Part shown: one piece after another, positions 12,838 to 22,712 of the stretch
Numbering within the stretch: position 1 is the stretch's first letter
Layout: every line of letters begins with the position of its first letter
Source of the DNA: Balanoglossus misakiensis
Taxonomy: Eukaryota > Animalia > Hemichordata
Direction: 5' to 3'
NCBI GenBank assembly: GCA_040954595.2
Contig: CM082587.2
Coordinates: 7,677,705 to 7,741,704, forward strand
DNA: 64,000 bases
Notes under the pieces: generated by a model
The model's database searches: none
What the model saw: the letters and a program-made list of their open reading frames with translations, nothing else
Told to the model about the DNA's origin: nothing
Made by a program: the position numbers and the translations under genes

Positions 12838-13293
12838 TAGTCTCGGTTACCCAGACGCCTTTGCTCTTCCGATGCTCTCCAGAAAAGGGTCTGGGGAAAT
12901 GCTATTGAAAGCTTTGTAAAACAAAATGGCCGATGTCAGGATTTTGATCATCGCCTGATTGGCTGAGCTATCAGTATGACCCGGGTCACTGACTCTCGAC
13001 AATGTGTGATTATTTGTCGTATCTTCATATCAAGAGACCGGTACTTGTTGGTTGATGCGAAAGGCAAAAGGCGTCCTCTGTTTGCATTGTTGGAGAAATT
13101 ATATGAAATATCTTTGGTAGACGATTGTCGAAACTATTGCAGTGACCCGGGTCATACTGACAGCTCAGCCAATCAGGCGATGATCAAAATCCTGACATCG
13201 GCCATTTTGTTTTACAAAGCTTTCAATAACATTTCCCCAGACCCTTTTCTGGAGAGCATCGGAAGAGCAAAGGCGTCTGGGTAACCGAGACTA
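12838..13293. mobile_element. 456-bp MITE with 154-bp TIRs and 9-bp TSD (AcademH-like)
   Basis: TIRs 12838-12991 and 13140-13293 differ at 2 positions; termini TAG...CTA; TSD CACTGTTCA at 12829-12837 and 13294-13302. Superfamily is inferred from TAG termini plus 9-bp TSD. Confidence 0.9.
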
Positions 13294-13868
13294 CACTGTT
13301 CAGAGAGTTCCTGCCAACCAATGCACAATTATACCAAAGTTTACTTGGAAATGCGATAAAAATTAACACTAGTGTACATTGTAGCAGTTACACTTTGCGC
13401 CCAGACTATGACTTGTTAGCAACTGCGTCGTGCGGGACCCACACCCGCAAGACAAGACTCACCAGTGCTTTAATCTTCCCACTGACACTACAGAATGCCT
13501 GAACTGAAAGTTGTGAAATTCTTAAGGACACTTAAGAGTTTTAAAGTGAAAAAAAACCAGCAGAAAACCAGGTCTTGGATTCTGTAAAACATTTTTGAAA
13601 AGTGACATCACGGTGTCTTGCGAGTTACTTTGTATTTGCATATTTACATCGATGATCATCACACAAAAGAAAGTTCATAAAATGTCAATGAATCTCCGGG
13701 TAATAATTTTGGCACTGGGCATAAGCTAAGGAAAGGATTGTTGGGGAGACAACTTGACGACTGTTGGAATCTGTAACACTCCGGAAAGAATGCCGACATA
13801 TGTAATGTAGTCACACATCTGTTTCCTCAGCCAAGAAACACAACTGCTTTACTGTTCCGAAACCTTAA

Positions 13869-14045
13869 AGGTATACCATCACCCATGGGAATTTAGCTCT
13901 AGTTACCATGGCAAATTGAGATCTTGCCAATCACGGATTTTCAGTGGGTGGCACACGCGAAAACCACCATACGTTCTTTAGAACACTCAAATACGCCATT
14001 TCTGCCATACATGGGCGTATGTAAATTGAAGGTGACTGTATACCT
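13869..14045. mobile_element. 177-bp MITE with TTAA TSD and AG...CT termini (Kolobok-like)
   Basis: TTAA|AGGTATACCATCACC...GGTGACTGTATACCT|TTAA; 15-bp TIR with 2 mismatches. Confidence 0.7.
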
Positions 14046-15205
14046 TTAACACAACATCTTTGCAGAAAAAAAATCATCAATCACCGAATCATGGGCCATG
14101 ATCACTATGGTAACACAAACAACAAAATTACTCTGCAACTTTGCATCAAACAATGTCCATTTCTGAATCTTTCAATATGTTGCATGACAAACACCTTTCA
14201 GCATCACAAATTTCGGCAACCCTTCCTCGACAATGGCAAGTATGCAAAGTCACCAAAGTACGCAACCAACCAGACAGCTGGTTGATGGGGGTTCACGATT
14301 AACAAAATAGAGTGTGGTACATACAAGCATAGACCAATGTAAACATGATACGAGCCTGTACATCGCATTTCACAAGAAGGGTCATTTGGAAACGAAACAC
14401 ATTCTGTGCATGCCGTGACGAAATCCTTTTTCTGTAAAAGGGTTGATCTTACCAAACATCTACAAGCACACAAAATGGTCAATTTGTAACATTTGTCGAA
14501 CCAGCTCACTTCACTAGTATTTACAGAAAACAAAAATGAACAAGGCTTTCCCCTGAATTTTTAAAAAAATATGTACACATTCTTATCTTAACATAAACCT
14601 TGGAATTGTATAGGAAAGTAAAATATCATAGATGCTTATATCTAAAATTGTTGATAACGTCCTACCTACAAACTACTGCAGTGCAAATTGTGGTCAGCAT
14701 CTAGCACATATTGTACCACCCCCCCTGTATTTGGGTAAGTTTCTCACTATCACAAAAATATGACAACCTTTGCACATCAGTGGGCCTCAAAACAAGGCCG
14801 TTTCTGTCGTTATTTAAACTCTGAATCTTCAGGTGTGTGTCATTACAGGAAAAAGGTGCAAATGATATAAATGTTTGTTTGAAACAAGCAGTCTCTGACT
14901 AGACTTAACCAGATATGCAATCTCTCGGATTAGTTTTTTCCAAGTTCAACTTGAAGTAATATGTGGAGCCTTGCTTGTGTTATCAAAACTAAAAATTGGT
15001 ACATCACTTTGAACTTAAAATTTGTCAAACTGTTTTGTAGCCCGACTGATTTCACAACTATTTGTATCTGGTTTGGATGGTACTGAGATCCACTGGTTCA
15101 AACAGATTATCCTCTAGGAATTAGAACCGGTTCAAACCAGTTGCAAATCACCATACTGGTTCAAACCAGTTTGGAGTCCAGTGCCCCTGCAACTACACAC
15201 GCCAG

Positions 15206-16938
15206 CTACCTCTGCACAATGGAGTTCACATCGCGGATGGAGTTCTGCACAGCAGACAAGAGATTCGCGAGTTCAACATGGCTGTTACTGGAGCTCTTGA
15301 CTCTCAGACTATCCAGGTTGGACTGCAGCAGGGAGAGCGCCTCGCGGAAGGAAAAGCGGGCTAATACTGAGACCGAGTCCACGTACTTATTGCAAGCGGC
15401 CACGTACACCTGGGTGGCGTCGCAGAGTTCCACGACGTTCGCATAGTTGCCCTTCTTCAGGATCCTGCCGATTCGGTTCTCGATGGTCTCCGCCAGCTTG
15501 GTCAGCGTCTCCTTGCTGACGTCGTGGATCTCCTCCTGCTCCTGCGATTTGGTCTTGCGGAGCGAGAGTCTGGCGGCCGCTCCGTACTGAAAGGCGAGCT
15601 CGGCCGCCGGCAACACGGGCTTGGAATTGGGCAGTGCGGGTTTCAGACCTTTCGGCGACGTGGTGAGAGCCGGGGGCGAGTCCGCTCCGTTCTTCTCGTG
15701 CACCGGACTGACTGTCTTTTCGGGCGACGAATGCTCGGGGCTGCCCATGGTCCCCCCGCGCTTGAAGTGCCTGGGGCTGGTGCTGGGCCTGTGTTTGGGA
15801 CTGGTGACGCTGGGTTTGTTTGCGGGAATGGCAGGTTTAGTCCCGATGGGCGGCGGGGGCTTGCTGGAGACTTGCGGTTTGGGCGCTACCTGGGGTGGGG
15901 GCGGTCCCGGCGGGGGGCTGGGCGGTCGGAATATCGGAGGCGCACGCACCCACTCCTCGGTCCTGTCCAGTGTTTTACTGTATTGCTTCCGGGCTGAGTG
16001 TTTGCGACTCTCCTTCTGGTGGGATCTGTGCGTCCTGTCCGGGTCCGACCGCCGGGTCTTGCTCCTGCCCGACTTGGCGCGCTGCCTCTCGATCTCGTCC
16101 GCCTCGAAGAGCGCCTCGTCCTCCTCCCGGTGCGAGGGCAGGTCGAAGCTGGACGAGAACTTGGGCGGCGGCGTCGACACTTTCTTGTGGCCGCCCGCCG
16201 AGACGCCGCCGTCCTCGACCGGCGAGTGTTTGTTCCGGGCGACGGGGATCGGGGCCACCTTGCGGCGGAACTCCGGGGGCGTCGACTCCGAGCCGGAACT
16301 GGAGTCCACGCTCCGGCGGTTGACGCGCGGCGATTCCCCGGGGGCGGCGGGCGCGGCGCCGCCGTCCCCCGCCGCCGCCGCGCTGGGGGGCGGCGGGGGC
16401 CGGATGGCGGGACTGGAGGTGGAGCGCACCATGGCCTTGTTGTGGTTGCTGCGGCAGCCGTCGGCGTCCCGTTCGCTGTCGCTCTGACTCTTCTTCTTCT
16501 TCTTCTGCTCCTTGAAGCTGGTCCCGCGGCGGGCCCCGGTCGGCAGCGGGAGCGCCACTTTCGGGTGCTTGCCCACCACGTCGCCGCCGGCCTCCCCGGC
16601 CGCGTTCACCGATCCCGTGCTGCTGATCCCGCTCTCCAGACTGGCCGACTTGCTCTCCCCGCTGCTGTTGGTCGCCAGGTTCACGCACGAGTTCAACTGC
16701 TGGTCGATGCTCTGGAATATTTGGTCGATCCTCGCGTCGTCGTCGTCGTCTACCTTCCGGGCCTCCCCGTTGCCAACGTGCTCGTTTGATGCATCCTTTC
16801 TGACAGAATAGGAAGTAGTCCGTTCGGGGGGTGCAGGCCCTTTTCTCCGACTGGACGAGTGCTTGCTGCTTTTACTGCTGCGCGGTTTCTCATTGCGTTT
16901 TCCAATCACTGGCGAGTTGTTTGTTGAGGTCTTGTAAC
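15206..16938 (-). CDS. Abl: Abl last coding exon (1733 nt): disordered linker and F-actin-binding domain
   Basis: Acceptor TTCTTCAG at 16939-16946; PAPPERTTSY PxxP motif, KKKKK basic run, polyproline tracts, helical C-terminal domain with FSFREALSLL; TAG at 15206-15208. Frame is continuous with exons 1-10. Confidence 0.93.
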
Positions 16939-17475
16939 CTGAAGAAAATATACAAAAAGAAGTGCAATTAATGATGAATTTACACTTGAATATGGTTAGT
17001 ACACATCTCAACAATCGGTTGATAAATTTTGACATAACAGAATCAGGGATGTAAATTCAAAAAGGGTGCTGAAATAAACTCTGTATGAAAAATCTACAAA
17101 TGTTGACTTCAAGAAAATAGGACAGTATGATCCCTTTCTTTTCTATCAAGGTCCAGTCTATCTAAAATATACTATAAACCAGAATTTTTTTGCAAGAATA
17201 TCTTTTGGATGTTTTTTTTTAAACAATTTCATCAAGTATGAATGTTTCAAGACAACTAACTTGACTGTGCAGTTTTTCCCCTCATAAACAAAATTTCACA
17301 GTGTTTACACAGTCATCAGAAACATGTTATACAAAACCATATACGTCTGTTTTTCTGGCTCCTTGTAATAACTTACTGAAATTTACTGTTAACAAAATTT
17401 CAAGGTTTACAGTATCAACCTCTCCCTCTCTCTCTCTACAGAACTGAAGATATTTCAATTGACCACAAAACTAAC

Positions 17476-17589
17476 CCGAGTCATGCACACCTTCAGTGAC
17501 AGCATCATCTCTTGTATACGCCTTCACCTTGGATTTGGATTTGCTTGGAAGAGTCGGCCCGGGTTTCTTCTCTCTGGTCTTTTCAACCG
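17476..17589 (-). CDS. Abl: Abl exon 10 (114 nt): post-kinase linker
   Basis: (A)VEKTREKKPGPTLPSKSKSKVKAYTRDDAVTEGVHDS(G); acceptor TTTGCAG, donor GTTAGT; phase 1-1; VEK and PxLP..K motif resemble the Abl post-kinase region. An alternative in-frame donor exists after 17491. Confidence 0.85.
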
Positions 17590-17932
17590 CTGCAAAAATG
17601 ATGATAATAATGGCGTTAGCTGATTAATATAGAATTTAATGGATGAAATATGATAATCAAATCTAGTCCCTGTAGAATCTAACGAAAAGCTTGCTAAAGC
17701 AAAGAACAGGTAGAAATTATGCTGAAAATCAGATGAGACAAAATGCCATTCGGTTGAGAAAAGCTGCAAATTGAAGATGAAATAAGTAACCATTTTCAGA
17801 ATTCCAAGAACAAACTATTTCAAGCAAAAACCAACAGAAGTAGTGTGAAGTAAAGGTAAATACATGTAAATGGGGGAATGCATGAAAACAAACTAAAAAA
17901 GGGTGTAAAAGAAAAAAAAAGTGAATACTTAC

Positions 17933-17950
17933 GGTTGCTAATAAGCGCCC
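17933..17950 (-). CDS. Abl: Candidate 18-nt alternative microexon of Abl (exon 9a)
   Basis: CCTTAG|GGGCGCTTATTAGCAACC|GTAAGT; phase 1-1, no stop, very U-rich flanks on the minus strand. Confidence 0.55.
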
Positions 17951-18338
17951 CTAAGGATACGATAGTCACATGTCCAACACAAGCATAAAAGGGGAAAGAA
18001 ACAGAAAAACACAACAAACTTAAAAAACAAACAAAAAAAACAAATACAGGCTTATGCAACGTAAAGGCATCATGCAACAAAACAAAAGTTGGATCAGCAC
18101 TGAAAAAATGTGGGTAAGCAACAGTGTGCTAATAATATAGGTGGAACTGAACAGAGCAAATATGGCAGCAAGCAAGATTGAAAGTACATCAAAGTATCGT
18201 ACAAAATACACCATTATCTCCCTAATTTTTTATCTCTACGTCCTGCATGTGCAGTGGTTCATTTTTCACTCTCGGACGTTCTAAAGATATCACACTGCTA
18301 TGTCAGACCTGAGATTGGTTTTGGTTTTGAAATCTCAC

Positions 18339-18428
18339 CTTCCGCAATACTGGAGTTGTGGAACATTGAATTGAGGTCATCGTGGCATTCTTTGAAAGCC
18401 GGCCTTTCCGCTGGATCCCACTTCCAAC
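18339..18428 (-). CDS. Abl: Abl exon 9 (90 nt): end of kinase domain
   Basis: (C)WKWDPAERPAFKECHDDLNSMFHNSSIAE; acceptor TTCCAG, donor GTGAGA; phase 1-1. Confidence 0.95.
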
Positions 18429-18871
18429 CTGGAAATTTGAACACACGGCAAATTTAGGAGAGAGAGAGAGAGAGAGGAAAACATTGGCAGAGCGCCCTCA
18501 GTGAGTGAGGTGGAGAGAGTTTAGCCTGTCTCACACTGCAACACGGGTCGTGCAAGTACAGGCTGTACAAAATCTTCCCTAATTCCAAAATTCTTTTGTA
18601 CGAAAGTCCTTTTCCTGCTGAGGAAAATTTTGTCCTCATCGACTAGAGAGCATTGGTTTCCAACAAATCATTTCCACATGCATTTATTTCATTCTGATTC
18701 AGTAAATTTGTTGATACACAGTATCACAGGAACGCAGTCTACGTAATCGAACCTCTACCAACACACATGGGTATATCAGACAAATTTAGTAGGCAATTAA
18801 AAATTACGTTATTATGAATACATGCATCTAATATTAATACTGACATCACTGTGTAAATACATGGCACTTAC

Positions 18872-19024
18872 ATTTTTTCATTAGTTTGTAGACCTCAGCT
18901 GGGCACCCGTCGGGTTTCTCCATTCTGTAGCCTTGTTCCAGCATCTCGTAGACTTGCGTGAGTTCCACTCCTGGATAGGGCGACATCCCGTACGTAGCTA
19001 TCTCCCACAGTAAGATGCCGAAAG
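18872..19024 (-). CDS. Abl: Abl exon 8 (153 nt): kinase C-lobe
   Basis: (A)[50 protein letters not shown](C); acceptor GACAG, donor GTAAGT. Confidence 0.97.
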
Positions 19025-19431
19025 CTGTCAATAACAGGAACGGGGGAAGTTGGAGATTTTTAAGTTGCGCGGGTGTCGGGTTGTCAAGGTCTCTTGGGAG
19101 TCAATGACTAGGCACAGAAAGTGCATATTGGGGGAAGAAAGCTGGGTGAAGCACAGAGCTGTTCTACCCTACTTCCCTGTGACTGGATGCGACTGTACCA
19201 TTGAAAACTATCGGGGGTCAGACCAAATTTCCATTGTGAAAGGGGTGAATGCAGGGGGCACCACTTCAATAATCTGACAATCGGCCCACATCCATTGCCA
19301 AGGTTAATTATTTACAATGCTACACCACACATATGAATGGATGTTAAACATTTAACTGCATCTCAGATGAAAATACCAAGGCTTACGGTACTCTGCCTCA
19401 GCCCAGGGGAGGAGATTAACGGTGACAATAC

Positions 19432-19432
19432 C

Positions 19433-19466
<34 letters not shown>
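19432..19466. repeat. poly-C plus (CT)n microsatellite
   Basis: Direct read. Confidence 0.9.
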
Positions 19467-19467
<1 letters not shown>

Positions 19468-19608
19468 GTACTTAGGTTAATACAGACATTGCCTCTTGGG
19501 AGATGCAGAAGAGATTAATATCGCCCTGGCCTCTAGGGGGAGAGGGCAGATACGGGCTAATATTGACTCCTACTGCAGATGAAACGATGGATGAATGGCG
19601 GATAATCA

Positions 19609-19881
<273 letters not shown>

Positions 19882-20768
19882 TTAAAGCACGGTCCCTCCA
19901 CTCAGATCTGTATTGTCCACGGCTAATGAAGTGTCCCGCACAAACACGAAGACCCCCTTTTGATCCCACACTGAAATCCCTTTGTAATGAGACGTCAGAC
20001 ATGCCACTGTGTCGATAAAAACCCACGCTAAGCTGTAATGTACCTATTAATACAAGTCGAGATTGCACATATACGCATTATCTCTTGTGATTTTGTCAAC
20101 ATTGGAGGCCAATTAAAGAAGACATGCCTGGTCAGGAGGAGATTCTGTGAGTATTTTCATACAACTCAAGCATACTATTTTTGATGATTTTTTTTCTCGT
20201 AAAATATAACCATGGAATTTGTGGGGATTATTTTGTTGATGAATCTTAAAATGTAAATTTAGGTTCAATTACATTTAAGTATGATTCAAGTCTGAGATTG
20301 TATTCAATTGATAACATACCAACAGGCCACACTGACAAGCAGAATAGCATGCTGTAGGGAGGAGACCAAGATATCATGGTTGATGTACAAAACAAAATTA
20401 CTGAAAAAGCAGTCAAATGTGACAGCTATTCTGCTTATTAAGAATTCAGGTCTTTCCTGAGTAGTAAGTAAAATGACATGAATAATTTCTAACAGGAAAC
20501 CAAAATCATTTATTAAGTAGCTTTGAATAGTCAGCAACGTTGCCCATTTCTTTTCAGAAAATATCCGACACTGAAATGTTGAAGTGCAGTCAAACCATGC
20601 AGTAGTTCAAGCAGAATTTTGATACATTGTAAATGTATGATGCTGCATGGTCTACAACAAAGACTGTTTTGTTAGTTCAAAGCCGACAGAGATTGTCATA
20701 CAATGGAAAGCAACAGAATTACAACTCTGACAGTAAAAATACTTGAGATAACCCATGCATTTCATTAC

Positions 20769-20946
20769 CTGTGTATAAAATTCTTTTCCTCTAGATAGGC
20801 CATAGCCGATGAGACTTGGGTCGCTATGTACATGAGCGTGACGGCGGTCAGCGTTTCTTCATTATTCTCTCTCAGGTAATCCAGTAGGTTGCCATGAGGC
20901 ATGAACTCGGTCAGGATATAAAATGGCGGCTCTCTAGTACACACAC
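20769..20946 (-). CDS. Abl: Abl exon 6 (178 nt): gatekeeper/hinge to start of HRD
   Basis: (G)[58 protein letters not shown](R); acceptor CCCAG, donor GTAATG. Confidence 0.96.
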
Positions 20947-21866
20947 CTGGGCCAGGCGAGAGAAGGGAGAGAATAATGAGGCCCTGATCACGCTACATGA
21001 AAATAATACACTTTGCTCGCAAGGTACACGACAGAGATGGCAGACAGCAAAATGGACGCCGTCTAACAATATCAAATTTTGCAGAAATCATGAAATACGG
21101 GAGTGGCCCGTGGCGGGTCACCCGAACTCGTTTGTCTCATCCACGAATGCAATCTGCATCAGAAGAAGCAATTACTTCGAGGACTGCAATGCAGCATATT
21201 TCAATTTATGGGAAAACGTTGATGATGAAAATCAGCTGCGGGGTTACCGTAACTTCATTTTATCAATGTCCCACAATGCATCATTTCTGGGGAAGATGAT
21301 TTCTATTAACACACCCACGTTCTTTGACCGTTATTAACACAACAAGTTATCAAAACTCTTCTCACAAATTATGCTACAGCATTGCAAATTACAGTCAGTG
21401 TTAACTACATTTCAGATTTTCATTTCATGGATGTTTTTAACAAGAGCATTTCTTCAGCAATTATCTACAGAAATATTTTCATTTGTTTTTCACTTTTGCT
21501 TGAGACCTTACTTACACATACATGTACTAGGGATGCAACAGGATTTTGTGAGCAACATTGTCCTTTTAAAATCTACAGGCAGATTATTCCTCAACACGGA
21601 AGTAAAAGTTGTTGTTTTTCTTTTATAGATCCTTGACATTTTGAGTTTCAGGTCCGCCTCCGTTTAAGGGTCATTCTACTTGTTCTACTCCAAAGGGACA
21701 TGGCACGCACAATTCCTACACAGTCTGCACACATTCCTTGGTACTCATCCAATTCTCAGATTTCATTCTTTACAACAGGTTTTACTTGCTTCCCATTAAA
21801 TTTTAACACCCGCATTCAACACGATTTAACAGTCAATCTTAGCAGATAGAACTGCCATCATCTTAC

Positions 21867-21951
21867 CTAGTAATTGCACTAAATTAGGATGCTTGATTTC
21901 CTTCATAACGCTCGCTTCCTTCAGGAATTCTTCTACTTGCATAGTTTCCTC
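21867..21951 (-). CDS. Abl: Abl exon 5 (85 nt): kinase alphaC
   Basis: [28 protein letters not shown](G); acceptor TTTCAG, donor GTAAGA. Not in the ORF track. Confidence 0.96.
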
Positions 21952-22237
21952 CTGAAAACGAGACACGACATGAAGACCACACATGAGAAAGAGATGAAGT
22001 GAAATATTATTAATTCATGACAGATAACATGACTGCATTCCAGCAAGCTTGAGTCCCTGCCTAGATACATTGCAAAATCTACTGATTCACTTGATACAAA
22101 ATAAATGTCTGACATAGTCTGGAAAGATAATGGCATCGCAGGTTGGGAGAAATGGCGAATAAAATATTTGCTGTTGCGATGGACGTATTGCAGTAGGCCT
22201 CGAGTTAGTTGAATCCCTGACAGTGAGTGGTTTAGAG

Positions 22238-22256
22238 TTGCCTCTAGAGGGCGCTA
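22238..22256 (+). promoter_or_regulatory. CTCF-like motif in Abl intron 4
   Basis: TTGCCTCTAGAGGGCGCTA closely fits the CTCF consensus TGGCCACCAGGGGGCGCTA; binding not shown. Confidence 0.45.
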
Positions 22257-22640
22257 TGTCAGTGTGACATGGCACTAACTTTGCATCGGCTTGAAATTAT
22301 ACGGGGATGCATTGAAGTCAAAAATACTTTTCATTTGTTATCTTCAATGTTCACAAGGGACAATGTCCAAAACTGCTTTTGTAAAGATAGAAATGGAAAT
22401 TGATAATATAGTGAAAAGGGTACATGGGAGATTATCTCAGAGGACTTCCTATAAATCAGAGCAAAAACACAAAAGGTTTCCTGCTTCATGAGAACACTGC
22501 AAAGAAAGCCACTGCATACTAGTACAGCACAGCAATATCCAATCAAATGACTTCTCTCATGGGAGAAAGATGGTAAATACCATGGCAACAGCCAATCAGG
22601 TACACCAATACACCTTTGCCCTTCCAGCGCAGGAGTTTCT

Positions 22641-22712
22641 TACAATCAGGACACCTCTATACTAAGGACAGATTTTCTGGTCCCATAGGTGTCCTTAATA
22701 GACAGGATTCAC
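22641..22712. mobile_element. Family B-like fragment
   Basis: About 55 bp closely reverse-complementary to 27106-27160; ends TAGACAGGATTCACT. Confidence 0.6.

Noticed and set aside
12976-13284. 102-aa ORF inside the long inverted repeat as a transposase fragment
   Set aside because: Mostly encoded by TIR sequence; no catalytic motif recognised.
15068-15170. Spaced palindromic repeats as a CRISPR-like array
   Set aside because: Only three short imperfect units in a eukaryotic 3' UTR, with no cas genes.
15524-16811. Long overlapping ORFs (157-288 aa) antisense to or out of frame with the Abl last exon
   Set aside because: Expected by-product of very high GC and few stop codons; low-complexity translations with no recognisable domain.
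16939-17035. N-terminal 32 aa of the 609-aa ORF as a separate gene start
   Set aside because: It is intron sequence upstream of a clear TTCTTCAG acceptor that joins exon 10 in frame.
19527-19544. Second CTCF-like motif TGGCCTCTAGGGGGAGAG
   Set aside because: Weaker 3' half; a match of this quality is plausible by chance in 64 kb.
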